NCBI GenBank assembly: GCA_964437755.1
Contig: CAYTIA010000001.1
Coordinates: 45,658 to 109,657 of the forward strand
Reading direction: 5' to 3'
Source: an uncultured Pseudomonadales bacterium
GTDB lineage: Bacteria > Patescibacteriota > Microgenomatia > UBA1400 > PJMF01
Length of the DNA stretch: 64,000 nucleotides
In this document: positions 18,334 through 28,842 of the stretch, piece by piece
Layout of the letters: each line of letters opens with the position of its first letter
Position numbering within the stretch: the stretch's first letter is position 1
Made by a program: the position numbers and the translations under genes
Notes under the pieces: model-generated
Told to the model about the DNA's origin: nothing
The model's database searches: none
The model's input: only the letters and a program-made list of their open reading frames with translations

Positions 18334-19620
18334 TTAAGAGTATTTCTCGTAATCCTGACCAACCAATTGGCTTTCAGCTTGTTTAGCTGTTTCTAAAATA
18401 ACTGATACAACAATTAAAACACTTGTTCCTCCAATTGCTAACGACTCCACACCCGTGATTGCTTGAGCGACAGATGGCAACAGAGCAATGAAGCCCAAGA
18501 ACAAAGCTCCAACAAAAGTAATTCTAATCACAACAAATTCCAAAAACTCTTTTGTAGCTTTACCAGGACGAACTCCAGGAATAAATGCTCCAGATTTTTT
18601 TAATTCGTCTGATAGATCTTCTGCATTAAAAAATAAAATAGCTGAAAAAAAAGTAAAAACAAAAACTAACATAAAATATGTCAGCAAATACAAAATTGAT
18701 GACTGATCAAACCACACCAATAACCACTCTCCAAAAGAAATAAGAGTTTCATTTGAAAGTGAGATAAATATTCTAGCTAAAAATGAAGGAACCAGCATTA
18801 ATGATAAGGCAAAAATAATAGGCATCACTCCAGCTACATTTACTCTTATTGGAAGGTGAGTTTTCTGTCCACCCAAAACTTTTCCACCCCTAATTCTTTT
18901 AGCATACTCAACAGTAACCTTTCGAACAGCCTCATTCATAAAAACTACCAGCGAAATTAACACTATGAATAATATAGCGAAGATAATTAAAGTTGAAATC
19001 TGTCCTACGCGAATCAAGAAACTTACCTGAGCTAACACCGAAGGAAGCTGACTAATGATTCCAGCAAACATGATCATTGATATGCCATTACCCAGACCAT
19101 ATTCAGAAATAAGCTCTCCCAACCACATAGAAACCATGGCTCCTGCAATTAAAGATGCAATAGCTGCTATCAAAGCCAAAGGACTCTTTTCAAACAGTAA
19201 GTTTTGAGATTGAAGTAGAGCTATCACCGAAATACTTTGAACTAAAGCAAGAGGAACCGCAATCATTCTTGTCCACTGATTAACTTTCATTTGTCCTGAT
19301 TCACCTTCTTTTTGCAATTCTTTAATTGAAGGAATCACCATTCCTGCCAGCTGCATAATAATAGATGCTGTAATATATGGATTAATTCCAACCGCAGCTA
19401 CTGAAAAACGAATTAAGGTTCCTCCAGAAAATATATTCAGTAAACTTAAAAAGTCGCTGCCTTCAAAAATGGATTGAATTTTGTTGACATCTGCCACCGA
19501 TACGGGAATGCTTGCCAGAATTCTAAAAGCAAAAATGATAATTGCTGTAAAAATGATTTTTTTACGGAGTTCTTTATTAGAAAATATTTTATTAGCAGTA
19601 TCTTTAATTTTGTTTAACAC
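18334..19620 (-). CDS. secY: Preprotein translocase SecY
   Basis: GINPYITASII, GNGISMI, AGVMPIIFA, IPGVRPG, GGTSVLIVV. Confidence 0.97.
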   Translation of the reverse strand: MLNKIKDTANKIFSNKELRKKIIFTAIIIFAFRILASIPVSVADVNKIQSIFEGSDFLSLLNIFSGGTLIRFSVAAVGINPYITASIIMQLAGMVIPSIKELQKEGESGQMKVNQWTRMIAVPLALVQSISVIALLQSQNLLFEKSPLALIAAIASLIAGAMVSMWLGELISEYGLGNGISMIMFAGIISQLPSVLAQVSFLIRVGQISTLIIFAILFIVLISLVVFMNEAVRKVTVEYAKRIRGGKVLGGQKTHLPIRVNVAGVMPIIFALSLMLVPSFLARIFISLSNETLISFGEWLLVWFDQSSILYLLTYFMLVFVFTFFSAILFFNAEDLSDELKKSGAFIPGVRPGKATKEFLEFVVIRITFVGALFLGFIALLPSVAQAITGVESLAIGGTSVLIVVSVILETAKQAESQLVGQDYEKYS

Positions 19621-19680
19621 GGAGTGAAAAGATAATTATTGGCAGTTAAAAAAGTTTTACTCTCAAAAAATTAAAAGGAG

Positions 19681-20121
19681 CTATTCTTCAATAGACCCAC
19701 CCATCTTTACAATTTCTGTTGCGGCTCCCTTGGTTACACCAATCCCTCGAACCGTTACTTTTTTCTTTAATTTGCCTTTTTTAACAATTTTAGCTCTTTT
19801 GAAAGCTTTATCAATTATTCTATTAGCTTTAAGAGTTTCAAGGCTAATAACATCAAAATCAAACTGATTAATATGATTAAATGATATTTGGGCCACAGGC
19901 CTAACTACCTTAAATCGACCCTTACCTCTTAACATTGGCACTCTTTTTACCAAAGGAAGTGAACCTCCTTCAAACCAAAGAGGAATTTTGCTTCCAGTTC
20001 TTGAAATTTGCCCTTTTTGACCTCTATTGGTAGTGTGTCCACCCTTTCCAGAACCATAACCTCTTCCAAGGCGTTTGTTTTTTTTATGAGTGATTTTTAT
20101 TAGACTATTGAGTAAATTCAT
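19681..20121 (-). CDS. rplO: 50S ribosomal protein L15
   Basis: RLGRGYGSGKG, RGQKGQ, FEGG. Confidence 0.96.
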   Translation of the reverse strand: MNLLNSLIKITHKKNKRLGRGYGSGKGGHTTNRGQKGQISRTGSKIPLWFEGGSLPLVKRVPMLRGKGRFKVVRPVAQISFNHINQFDFDVISLETLKANRIIDKAFKRAKIVKKGKLKKKVTVRGIGVTKGAATEIVKMGGSIEE

Positions 20122-20129
20122 GTCAGTTC

Positions 20130-20774
20130 TTATTTAGCTTCTTTTTTTGTAGCTGGTTTCTTCTTAACAACCTTTTTTGTAACATTAATTTTTTTCTTCT
20201 CCGAAACAGTTTTTGTCTGAGAAGTTTTTTCTGATGGTTTTACTTCTGTTAAAACTTTTTGGTCCTCAACTTGTTCTTGAATAGGCTTATCTTGCTCTAT
20301 TTTAATTCCCTTTATTTTTACTATTCTACTGATCTGCTTTAAAGCGTTAAAGGTTGCATGAACACTTGAAGCTTGATTATCACTACCTAAAATTTTTGCA
20401 GATACATCTTTAATACCAGCTGCCTCAACAACTGCACGAACAGGACCACCAGCAATAACTCCAGAACCTTTTGAGGCTGGCTTAAGTAAAACCTTTCCAG
20501 CTCCATGTTCTGCCTTAACTGAAAAGGGAATAGTTGTGCGATCTATAGGAACAACAATCATTTTTCTCTTTGCTTGTTTAATTCCTTTTTGAATAGCCGA
20601 AACAACATCCTTTGCTTTTCCTAAACCAACACCAACTTTACCTTTTTTATCTCCAACTACCATTAACGCAGTAAAACCCATCTGATCTCCACCCTTAGTT
20701 TTCTTAGAAACTCTAGAGATAGCTATTACTTTTTCTTCGTATTCTGATTGTTGTGGTTCTCTATGATTAGCCAT
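20130..20774 (-). CDS. rpsE: 30S ribosomal protein S5 (Lys-rich tail)
   Basis: RVSKKTKGG, VVGDKKG, GVIAGG. Confidence 0.96.
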   Translation of the reverse strand: MANHREPQQSEYEEKVIAISRVSKKTKGGDQMGFTALMVVGDKKGKVGVGLGKAKDVVSAIQKGIKQAKRKMIVVPIDRTTIPFSVKAEHGAGKVLLKPASKGSGVIAGGPVRAVVEAAGIKDVSAKILGSDNQASSVHATFNALKQISRIVKIKGIKIEQDKPIQEQVEDQKVLTEVKPSEKTSQTKTVSEKKKINVTKKVVKKKPATKKEAK

Positions 20775-20790
20775 ATTTTTCTTTTTTCAA

Positions 20791-21147
20791 TTAAAAGTCA
20801 ATTCCCTCTGATCTCAAAGCTTCAGCTAAAGCTTTAACTCTACCGTGATATCGATATGAGCCACGATCAAAAACAAGTTTGCTGATTTTCTGCTTTTTCA
20901 TTTTATTTGCAATATCCTGCGCCACTTGTTTAGCACGTTCTGTTTTCGTTCCTTTAATTTTAGTTTCTTTCCCCATATCGCTTGATCCAAGTAGAACCTT
21001 TCCTGTTTCATCATTTATCAATTGAGCACTAATGTGCTCATTAGAACGATATACAGACAATCTAGGTCTATCAGCAGAACCAAAAAGTTTTTTTCTGACG
21101 GACATTGCTCTTCTGATTGATTTTCTTCTATGTTTTACTTGATTCAT
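20791..21147 (-). CDS. rplR: 50S ribosomal protein L18
   Basis: RPRLSVYRSN, VFDRGSYRYHGRV. Confidence 0.96.
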   Translation of the reverse strand: MNQVKHRRKSIRRAMSVRKKLFGSADRPRLSVYRSNEHISAQLINDETGKVLLGSSDMGKETKIKGTKTERAKQVAQDIANKMKKQKISKLVFDRGSYRYHGRVKALAEALRSEGIDF

Positions 21148-21158
21148 TTTCTACCTTA

Positions 21159-21701
21159 TTATTTCTCTACGGCTGCCTTACCTGGCTTAATCTTAACAAC
21201 CTCGTCTTCATATCTAACACCTTTGCCCTTATAAGGTTCTGGAGGTCTTGTTGATCTAATATCGGCAGCAAATTGACCAACTGCCTGCTTATCAATACCG
21301 CTAACAATAATTGTATCTTCTCCTTCAATATCAATAAGTACTCCCTGAGGAGGACTCATTTCAACTGGATGAGAAAAACCCAATGCCATCTCGATACCTT
21401 GTCCTTTTTTCTTAACTCTGTAACCAGTGCCTATTAACTTAAGAGTTGTTTTGTAGCCTTGAGTAACTCCAATCACATGATTGTTAATTAAACTTCGTAC
21501 TAAACCATGAAATGATCTTGTTTGTTTATCTTGACGAGATCTATCAACGCGAACCTCATCATCCTTCACCTCAACTTTTATACCTTCAAAATTAGGTGCC
21601 GATAAATTTCCCTTAGGACCACTTATTTTTATCTCGCTTTCAGTTACCTCGATTTTAACTCCCGAGGGAACTTTGATGGGTGTTTTTCCTATTTTTGACA
21701 T
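21159..21701 (-). CDS. rplF: 50S ribosomal protein L6
   Basis: MSKIGK start at 21701; LGFSHP, PEPYKGKG. Confidence 0.96.
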   Translation of the reverse strand: MSKIGKTPIKVPSGVKIEVTESEIKISGPKGNLSAPNFEGIKVEVKDDEVRVDRSRQDKQTRSFHGLVRSLINNHVIGVTQGYKTTLKLIGTGYRVKKKGQGIEMALGFSHPVEMSPPQGVLIDIEGEDTIIVSGIDKQAVGQFAADIRSTRPPEPYKGKGVRYEDEVVKIKPGKAAVEK

Positions 21702-21706
21702 TATTA

Positions 21707-22102
21707 TTACCAAATTTTACAAATTAACTCACCTCCGACATTCAGCTTATTCGCTTCTTTATCGGTTAATATTCCCTTGTTTGTTGACACAATCGTTATT
21801 CCATAACCATTTAAACTTTCCGGTATAGAATCTTTTCCTGAATACAATCTTCTACCTGGTTTTGAGATTCTCTCAATTCCAGATATAGCTGGTAAATCAT
21901 CTACATATCTCAAGACTAAGACCAACTCTTTTTGAGGAGTCTTATCTTCGATATTCACTTCACTAACATACCCATTTTCCTTCAGTTTATAAGCAATGGC
22001 TTCCTTCATTTTTGAGTGAGGCATCTTCACCTGTAAGTTTGCACTTAATAGCGCATTCTTAATTCTGATCAACATGTCTCCGATTGGATCTGTAATAAGC
22101 AT
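21707..22102 (-). CDS. rpsH: 30S ribosomal protein S8
   Basis: DPIGDMLIRIKN, SKPGRRLY, GGELIC. Confidence 0.97.
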   Translation of the reverse strand: MLITDPIGDMLIRIKNALLSANLQVKMPHSKMKEAIAYKLKENGYVSEVNIEDKTPQKELVLVLRYVDDLPAISGIERISKPGRRLYSGKDSIPESLNGYGITIVSTNKGILTDKEANKLNVGGELICKIW

Positions 22103-22112
22103 ATTATTATTC

Positions 22113-22355
22113 TTACTTACTTGACTTAGTAACTCCTGGTAATTCGCCCTTTGAGGCCATTTCTCTAAACTGTAAACGACTCAAACCAAAGTATCTCATG
22201 AATCCTCTAGCACGACCGGTTATTTTACAGCGATTTACGCCACGAGTCGATACCCGATTCTCTTTTCGCTTACCTTTACTCAAAAAGTTTTCAAAATACT
22301 CTTTTCTTTTCTCTAGAAGTCTTTGTGATTTGATAGTTTTAGATATTTTAGCCAT
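22113..22355 (-). CDS. rpsN: 30S ribosomal protein S14
   Basis: [22 protein letters not shown]; position between rplE and rpsH. Confidence 0.95.
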   Translation of the reverse strand: MAKISKTIKSQRLLEKRKEYFENFLSKGKRKENRVSTRGVNRCKITGRARGFMRYFGLSRLQFREMASKGELPGVTKSSK

Positions 22356-22364
22356 AATTCTTCT

Positions 22365-22919
22365 TTATTCTTCTTTAGCAAAAGGCATTCCTAATAACTC
22401 CAGCAACCTAAACGCTTCAGAGTTACTATTAGTATCTGTTTTAATATTAACTTGTAAACTTCTAACTGAATCAATTTTATCGAAATTTAACTCAACAAAA
22501 ACAATTTGTTCTTCAATACCCAAGCTATAATTTCCATGACCATCAAAGGCTGTTTTAGAAACTCCTCTAAAATCTTTAACTCTTGGAAGAGCTATGGAAA
22601 TTAGTTTATCTAAAAATTGCCACATGCGCTCACCTCTGAGAGTTACTTTCAATCCCAAAGGGTCTCCTTGTCGTAAAGCAAAGTTAGCAACAGCTTTCTT
22701 TGCAAAAGTTACCACTGGTTTTTGCCCTGAGATGATCTCAATTTGAGTAGCGACATTATCAATAACTTTTCTTCTTTCTCTAGCATCTGCGGGTTGAGAA
22801 ATCCCAATATTTATTGATATTTGTTTTACTTTAGGAACTGCAAACTCACTCTTAATTTTAAGTTCTTTTTGCAAAACTGGTAAAACTTCTTGCTGGTATT
22901 TTTGCTTTAATCGATTCAT
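22365..22919 (-). CDS. rplE: 50S ribosomal protein L5
   Basis: SGQKP, KVTLRG, LPRVKDFRG, FDGHGNY. Confidence 0.97.
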   Translation of the reverse strand: MNRLKQKYQQEVLPVLQKELKIKSEFAVPKVKQISINIGISQPADARERRKVIDNVATQIEIISGQKPVVTFAKKAVANFALRQGDPLGLKVTLRGERMWQFLDKLISIALPRVKDFRGVSKTAFDGHGNYSLGIEEQIVFVELNFDKIDSVRSLQVNIKTDTNSNSEAFRLLELLGMPFAKEE

Positions 22920-23335
22920 TTTTTGGCAACGCTTTTAGTTTTTGACGTATTCTTTTTTGTTTTTACTTCTGCGGTTTTCTTCTCTGATTTCTTATCAGCA
23001 TTATTTTTAACTTCTTTTTTCTCTTGGTCTATAACAGACTTAGTTTTTTTAAAGATTCTTACTTTTTTCCCATTCTTATCAACTTTATATCCAACTCTAT
23101 CAGCTTGATCTTTTTCATTAAGTATTGCGACTTTCGCTGTTGATAAGGGTCTTTCTTTTCTTATCCTTTCGCCAGGTCTATTAAGCATTGGAATAGGCTT
23201 AACATGCTTAACATAATAATTTGCACCCTTAACTGTCACCTCATTTGTTTTAGGGAAAATCTCAACAATCTCACTTTTTAAGCCCTTGTCTTTCCCTGCA
23301 GTAACTAATACTTTGTCGCCTACTTTAAATTTCAT
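22916..23335 (-). CDS. rplX: 50S ribosomal protein L24 (Lys-rich tail)
   Basis: [16 protein letters not shown] motif, RVGY. Confidence 0.95.
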   Translation of the reverse strand: MKFKVGDKVLVTAGKDKGLKSEIVEIFPKTNEVTVKGANYYVKHVKPIPMLNRPGERIRKERPLSTAKVAILNEKDQADRVGYKVDKNGKKVRIFKKTKSVIDQEKKEVKNNADKKSEKKTAEVKTKKNTSKTKSVAKK

Positions 23336-23706
23336 AATACCTCCGGTGCCAAACTTGCAATTTTGGTAAATCCATTATTTTTAACTTCACGAGCTACTGG
23401 ACCAAAAATTCTGGTTCCAAGTGGCATTGGTTTAGTTTTAGACTCAATAATAACTGCTGCATTGTCATCAAAACGAATATATTCTCCGCTACTTCTTCGT
23501 TTTTCTTTTCTGGTACGCACTATAACTGCTTGAACCTTTGTACCACGAGGTAGTTTTGAGTTTGCATCCGCATCTATAACTGAAGCAGAAACAACATCAC
23601 CAACATAACCAAATTTTCTTTTTGATCCACCATAAACTTGAATCACCCTAATCTTTTTGGCTCCGCTATTATCAGCAATAGTTAAAACTGATCTTAATTG
23701 TATCAT
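23332..23706 (-). CDS. rplN: 50S ribosomal protein L14
   Basis: [30 protein letters not shown]. Confidence 0.98.
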   Translation of the reverse strand: MIQLRSVLTIADNSGAKKIRVIQVYGGSKRKFGYVGDVVSASVIDADANSKLPRGTKVQAVIVRTRKEKRRSSGEYIRFDDNAAVIIESKTKPMPLGTRIFGPVAREVKNNGFTKIASLAPEVL

Positions 23707-23711
23707 TGTTT

Positions 23712-23960
23712 TTACTTTTCTTGACTAACAACCTCCACAACTTTAAAGTGTTTGGTTTTACTAATTGGTCGACATTCTTGAATTATTACTTTATCTCCAA
23801 TTTTTAATTCTAAGTTCTCTACGTGAGATGGAAACTTTTTACTTCTGTTAATAATCTTATGATATAAAGGATGTTTCCAATTTCTCGATACCTCAACTGA
23901 AACAGTCTTTTGATTTGCGAGTGATACTACTGTGCCTGTAAAAGTTTTCATATAATTCAA
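23712..23960 (-). CDS. rpsQ: 30S ribosomal protein S17
   Basis: [23 protein letters not shown]. Confidence 0.96.
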   Translation of the reverse strand: MNYMKTFTGTVVSLANQKTVSVEVSRNWKHPLYHKIINRSKKFPSHVENLELKIGDKVIIQECRPISKTKHFKVVEVVSQEK

Positions 23961-23963
23961 ATA

Positions 23964-24209
23964 TTATTTTGTTGAGTTTTCCTTATTCTCACTATTCGCT
24001 ATTTTTTCTTCTTGTTGTTTTTTTAAAGTTAAAACTGTTTTTAATTTTGCCACTTCTTTACGTAATCTGTAAACTTTACTTGAATCTTCGAGTTTATTCG
24101 CAGATAAAGCCAATCTAGCTTGAACAAGTTCTAGCTGGGTCTTTTCAAGCCTTTCTAACAACTGCTTGATTGTACTCTCGTGTAAAGCTGAAAGATCATT
24201 TTTTTTCAT
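23964..24209 (-). CDS. rpmC: 50S ribosomal protein L29
   Basis: RKEVAKLKT; position between rplP and rpsQ. Confidence 0.88.
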   Translation of the reverse strand: MKKNDLSALHESTIKQLLERLEKTQLELVQARLALSANKLEDSSKVYRLRKEVAKLKTVLTLKKQQEEKIANSENKENSTK

Positions 24210-24620
24210 TTACTTATCTTTTGTTACAAACTTCGTTTTAACAGGTAATTTACAAGCAGCTTTTTCAAAAGCATCTCTTGCAGTCTGCTCATCAACACCG
24301 CTTAACTCAAATAATATCGTACCTGGTCTAATCTTAACTTGATAATGATCGGTTGCACCTTTTCCTGAACCCATTTTTACTCCAACTGGCTTTTTTGATA
24401 CAGGATGATCTGGAAAAACCCTAATCCAATACTTTCCACTTCTTTTTGTTACAAAAGTAATCTTTTTTCTAGCAGCTTCTAAAGCTCTAGCTTGAATTCT
24501 TCCTCTTTCTACCGCCTTTAGTCCATATTCACCAAAATCAACCGTAGTTCTGCTCTTGGCTATACCTTTATTTCTACCTCTAAACTCTTTTCTAAATTTT
24601 CTACGTTTTGGTTGCAACAT
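24210..24620 (-). CDS. rplP: 50S ribosomal protein L16
   Basis: MLQPKRRKFRK, WIRVFPD, MGSGKG, KLP. Confidence 0.97.
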   Translation of the reverse strand: MLQPKRRKFRKEFRGRNKGIAKSRTTVDFGEYGLKAVERGRIQARALEAARKKITFVTKRSGKYWIRVFPDHPVSKKPVGVKMGSGKGATDHYQVKIRPGTILFELSGVDEQTARDAFEKAACKLPVKTKFVTKDK

Positions 24621-24649
24621 ATCTGTTCTTGTTTAAATATCTCTTAAAC

Positions 24650-25312
24650 TTATTCCTCTACCTTTTCTCCTTTATAAATCCAAACCTTAATTCCCACATA
24701 GCCACTTCTGGTTTTAGCGGGTTGCTCATAATAATCAATAACTGCTCTTAGTGTTTGGGTGGGAACCGAACCTTTGAAATATTTTTCAGTTCTTCCAATT
24801 TCCGCACCAGCAATTCTTCCCGAAAGCTGTATTTTAACACCTTTTGCTCCCGCTGACATCACCTTTTCCAATGCTTGTAAAACAGCTCGTCTGTGAGGAT
24901 ATCTGCCAACTAGCTGAGTAATTAACCTTTCGGCTACTAATTTTGCACTTAATTCTGGTTGATTAAGTTCATCAACTTTGATATTTACTCTTGTAGCTTT
25001 TCCAGATTCGTCGTTTCCGCTCTGAGCTAACATCTTTTCAACATCTTTTTTAATCTCCTCTAAATTAGCACCACCTTTGCCTATCACAACACCTGGTCTG
25101 CTAACTTTTAAAACAATCTTGATTGTTGAGAGCGAGCGCTCAATCTCTACTTGGTCTAATCCTGCTGCTACTAATTTTTCGTTTAAATACTGTCGCAACT
25201 TGAAATCCTCAATTACTTTGTTTGAGTAATCGTGTCTATCTGCATACCATCTTGATTTCCAAGAGTATGTATTGCCTAATCTATATAGTACTGGATTAAC
25301 TTTTTGTCCCAT
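24650..25312 (-). CDS. rpsC: 30S ribosomal protein S3
   Basis: MGQKVNP, RPGVVIGKGG, SGRIAGAEI, GIKVWIY. Confidence 0.97.
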   Translation of the reverse strand: MGQKVNPVLYRLGNTYSWKSRWYADRHDYSNKVIEDFKLRQYLNEKLVAAGLDQVEIERSLSTIKIVLKVSRPGVVIGKGGANLEEIKKDVEKMLAQSGNDESGKATRVNIKVDELNQPELSAKLVAERLITQLVGRYPHRRAVLQALEKVMSAGAKGVKIQLSGRIAGAEIGRTEKYFKGSVPTQTLRAVIDYYEQPAKTRSGYVGIKVWIYKGEKVEE

Positions 25313-25316
25313 TTTA

Positions 25317-25847
25317 TTATTTTTTATTATTGCTTGTTGATTTTTTATTTACTGATGATTTCTTTTTTGCAGTAGCCTTTTTAGTCTCTTGTTTATCTTT
25401 TATTGACTTCACCTTGGTAGATTTTTCCTCAACCTTCTTAGTGATTTTTTTATCTTCCGCTTTAACTACTTTTTCAATTTTTTTGATTTTAGTCTCGACT
25501 GGTTCTTTATCGTTTTCTTTAGTTTTTAGAATAACTTCCACATGACAAGTCTTTTTAAGAATCTTGTGAGCTCTCCCTCTTGAAACAGGTTGCCAACGCT
25601 TATAAGTTGTGCCTGCTTTAACCAAGATATTATCTAACTCAAGATCATCGAGAGTTAATTGATGATTGTTAACCGCATTTGCCACAGCTTGTCTCATTAC
25701 TTTTAACAAAACAACTGTCGATTTACGATTCATCAAAGCCAACTGAGAAAAAGCATCTTTTAGTGATAACCTTTTCACTTGATTTGCAATTAACCTCACT
25801 TTGCGAGGTGATTGTCTTGAATTTTTTTGTTCTGCTTTAATTTTCAT
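25317..25847 (-). CDS. rplV: 50S ribosomal protein L22 (Lys-rich tail)
   Basis: SPRKVRL, AVANA, RGRA. Confidence 0.95.
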   Translation of the reverse strand: MKIKAEQKNSRQSPRKVRLIANQVKRLSLKDAFSQLALMNRKSTVVLLKVMRQAVANAVNNHQLTLDDLELDNILVKAGTTYKRWQPVSRGRAHKILKKTCHVEVILKTKENDKEPVETKIKKIEKVVKAEDKKITKKVEEKSTKVKSIKDKQETKKATAKKKSSVNKKSTSNNKK

Positions 25848-25855
25848 GTAATACC

Positions 25856-26140
25856 TTATGTCTTAGACAATGTACGTTTCACCATACGACCATGTCCCCT
25901 GAACGTTCTTGTCAAAGCAAATTCTCCTAATCGATGTCCTACCATTCCCTCTGAAACAAATACTTCATTAAAACTTCTGCCATTATGAACCAAGAATGTA
26001 TGTCCAACAAAGTCCGGAGCAATCATCGAGGCTCTACTCCAAGTTTTAATTGGTTGCTTGTCATTAGTTCTTTTTTGCTCATGAACTTTTTCAAGCAAAA
26101 TTTGATCTATGTATGGTCCTTTTTTACTACTTCTTGACAT
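25856..26140 (-). CDS. rpsS: 30S ribosomal protein S19
   Basis: [25 protein letters not shown]. Confidence 0.97.
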   Translation of the reverse strand: MSRSSKKGPYIDQILLEKVHEQKRTNDKQPIKTWSRASMIAPDFVGHTFLVHNGRSFNEVFVSEGMVGHRLGEFALTRTFRGHGRMVKRTLSKT

Positions 26141-26145
26141 GATTT

Positions 26146-26985
26146 TTAATTACTTTTAACTCTTCGATCTTTAATAATGTACTTATTTGAAAACTTATTT
26201 TTCCTAGTTTTCTTTCCCGGAGAAGCAATCTTTCCCCATGGGGTCTTTGCATACTTCAAGCCAACTCCGCTTCTGCCTTCACCACCACCGTGTGGGTGAG
26301 AATCTGGATGCTGTGCAGTACCGCGAACAGTGGGTCGAATTCCCATTAAACGTTTTCTTCCCGCTTTACCAAGTTTTCTGTTTTTCCAATCTTTGTTTCC
26401 AATTTGTCCGATTGTAGCGAAACAGTCAATTCTAATCAACCGATGTTCTTTAGAAGGAAGTTGAACAGTAGCATAATCTCCTTCTTTTGATTGAATTAAA
26501 GCTGCGGTCCCAGCACCTCTAACAATCTGTCCACCTTTACCAACTCTTAACTCTAAATTATGAATTGGCATTCCTACAGGAATTTTTGATAAAGGTAAAG
26601 CATTTCCTGGCCTTATCTCTGCCTGTTCTCCTGCCATGATCTTATCGCCAACTTTTAATTGATCTGGAGCTAAAATATATCTTTTCTCTCCGTCAACATA
26701 AAAAATTAAAGCAATATTTGCACTTCTCATTGGATCATATTCAATACTCTTGACCTCTCCAACAATATCTTTTTTGTTTCTCTTAAAATCGATTACTCTT
26801 TCTTTTTTCTTAACTCCGCCACCGCGATGTCTAACAGTAACATGACCTTTAAAACCACGACCCTGACGTTTTTTGAAGCCTTTGCGTAATAATGATTTTT
26901 CAGGTTTATCGCTTGTTAACTCATTATTAACCAAGTTGATTTGGTGTCTGACTCCGGCTGATGTTGGATTCTTCTTTTTTAACAT
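26146..26985 (-). CDS. rplB: 50S ribosomal protein L2
   Basis: [28 protein letters not shown]. Confidence 0.98.
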   Translation of the reverse strand: MLKKKNPTSAGVRHQINLVNNELTSDKPEKSLLRKGFKKRQGRGFKGHVTVRHRGGGVKKKERVIDFKRNKKDIVGEVKSIEYDPMRSANIALIFYVDGEKRYILAPDQLKVGDKIMAGEQAEIRPGNALPLSKIPVGMPIHNLELRVGKGGQIVRGAGTAALIQSKEGDYATVQLPSKEHRLIRIDCFATIGQIGNKDWKNRKLGKAGRKRLMGIRPTVRGTAQHPDSHPHGGGEGRSGVGLKYAKTPWGKIASPGKKTRKNKFSNKYIIKDRRVKSN

Positions 26986-26986
26986 A

Positions 26987-27283
26987 CTAGTTTGCGCTTA
27001 CATCAAACAGTTCAATTGTTTGACCCTCTGGTAACTTAACCATAGCTTTTTTACTTGACGTTGATAGCTTAGGCATTCTTTTCTTGCCAACATTTCGTCT
27101 TTTACTTGGCATTAATTGAGTATTTATTTTTTCAACTTTTACCTCAAAAATACTTTCAATAGCCGATTGAATTTGAGTCTTAGTTGCTTTGTAATCAACC
27201 TCAAAAACATAAACATTTTGCTCATTGGCAAGTTGTAATGTTTTTTCAGTAATTAATGGTCTTTTTATTAAACTTGTTTTCAT
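26987..27283 (-). CDS. rplW: 50S ribosomal protein L23
   Basis: PLITEK, ATK.QI, KKAMV. Confidence 0.95.
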   Translation of the reverse strand: MKTSLIKRPLITEKTLQLANEQNVYVFEVDYKATKTQIQSAIESIFEVKVEKINTQLMPSKRRNVGKKRMPKLSTSSKKAMVKLPEGQTIELFDVSAN

Positions 27284-27287
27284 TTAT

Positions 27288-27944
27288 CTACTTTTCAGAT
27301 TTTGCTCTTTTTTCAAGTACTTCTAATGCTTTACTTGTAACAATGATTTTGTGAGCCTTCACTACGGCCAAAGTATTTAATATTCTGGCAGTTAACACAG
27401 TAATATTGGGAATATTCTTAACAGCTCGTTGCATCTTATCACTCTTTTGATCAACTACAATTAACAACTTACTCTCAGTTAAAGAAAATTTCTCATCATT
27501 AAATTTTTTGACAATTTTTTCTAAAAGTTCAACAGCCTCTTTAGTTTTACCTGACAAGTTTTCTAATTCGTCATTAACGAAAATATTACTTGATTGAGCT
27601 GTTAAAGCTGCAGATAAAGCCTTTATTTTTAAAGTTTTGGTAAGAGTTTTTTTCCAGTTTTCTTCACCAGTAGGACCATGAGAAACACCTCCACCAACAA
27701 AGATGTTGGCATCCTTGGCACCATGACGAGCTCCTCCAGTTCCTTTTTGTCGATACCATTTTTTGGTAGTTCGAGATACTTCTCCTCTGGTTTTGGTTTT
27801 ACTCGTTCCTTGACGCTGATTACTTAAATATACTCTTATAGCTTGTGCCAATAAAACAGCATTTGGTTGATCAAAAAGAACATCACTCACTTTTATTTGT
27901 GTGTTCTTGGTAGCGCTGGTACTTTTAATTAAATCTAGTTTCAT
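27288..27944 (-). CDS. rplD: 50S ribosomal protein L4
   Basis: RQGTSKTKTRGEV, QKGTGGARHG, GGG..HGP. Confidence 0.96.
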   Translation of the reverse strand: MKLDLIKSTSATKNTQIKVSDVLFDQPNAVLLAQAIRVYLSNQRQGTSKTKTRGEVSRTTKKWYRQKGTGGARHGAKDANIFVGGGVSHGPTGEENWKKTLTKTLKIKALSAALTAQSSNIFVNDELENLSGKTKEAVELLEKIVKKFNDEKFSLTESKLLIVVDQKSDKMQRAVKNIPNITVLTARILNTLAVVKAHKIIVTSKALEVLEKRAKSEK

Positions 27945-27949
27945 TTCTT

Positions 27950-28780
27950 TTATTTTTCTGATTTTGCTTCTTGTTTTGATTCTTCTTCCGTAGCAGCTTG
28001 CTCTGTGACGACATCATCAGTTTTTGTTTCAACCAGTTCCTCTTTCTTTTCATCTACCTTGATACCAGAAGCTTCTAAGTTTAGATCAATTTTTTTACTG
28101 CTTCCAGTCTTACTAACTTTGATAATAGAGTTTATATGACCTGGAACTGGTCCATTTAGCCAAATTTCATTTGACTCTTGGTCAATATGAATAACTGTTA
28201 GATTAGCTACTGTAATATTTTCAACACCAAAATGCCCAGGCATTCTTTTACCCTTCCAAACTTTACCTGGAGTTTGACTACCAATTGAACCAACGGCTCG
28301 ACTTCGATCTGATTGACCCTGAGTTTTAGGTCCACCGCTCATTCCGTGACGTTTGATAACTCCACTAAAGCCTCTTCCTTTAGATACTCCTTGAACTGTA
28401 ACCACATCTCCTACAGATAAAACATCATTAATCTCAACTATTTTACCCACTTTATAATCTTTGTTTGCACTTTCAGCTTCTTCTAGCAAAGGAATTCTTA
28501 CTCCTTTAATCTGTTTAAAGCCAAAAGAAAAACCGCTCTTTTCTATAATAGTTCTGAGCGGTTTGGTTGTATTTTTAAGCTTCTTTTTTCCGTAACCAAT
28601 TTCTAAAATTAAGTGTGGTTTTTGAGAGAACTGCGTGCCACTTCTATCTGTAATAAAACATTTTTGTTGGCCCAAAATCACGTTCTCATCAACTCTGCAA
28701 CGAGTTACAGGCAACCTCTTGCCCTGTTTTGTCCAGACTTGAGTCATTTCCCTTTTGGTAGCAAAAATTGTGTCTAACAT
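27950..28780 (-). CDS. rplC: 50S ribosomal protein L3 (extended)
   Basis: SKGRGFSGVIKRH, GSIG, KGKRMPG, GPVPG. Confidence 0.95.
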   Translation of the reverse strand: MLDTIFATKREMTQVWTKQGKRLPVTRCRVDENVILGQQKCFITDRSGTQFSQKPHLILEIGYGKKKLKNTTKPLRTIIEKSGFSFGFKQIKGVRIPLLEEAESANKDYKVGKIVEINDVLSVGDVVTVQGVSKGRGFSGVIKRHGMSGGPKTQGQSDRSRAVGSIGSQTPGKVWKGKRMPGHFGVENITVANLTVIHIDQESNEIWLNGPVPGHINSIIKVSKTGSSKKIDLNLEASGIKVDEKKEELVETKTDDVVTEQAATEEESKQEAKSEK

Positions 28781-28842
28781 GCTTTTTTCTATTTTTCGTG
28801 CAAATAATTCTCACTAGGATACATTAACTAATATGACAGTTG

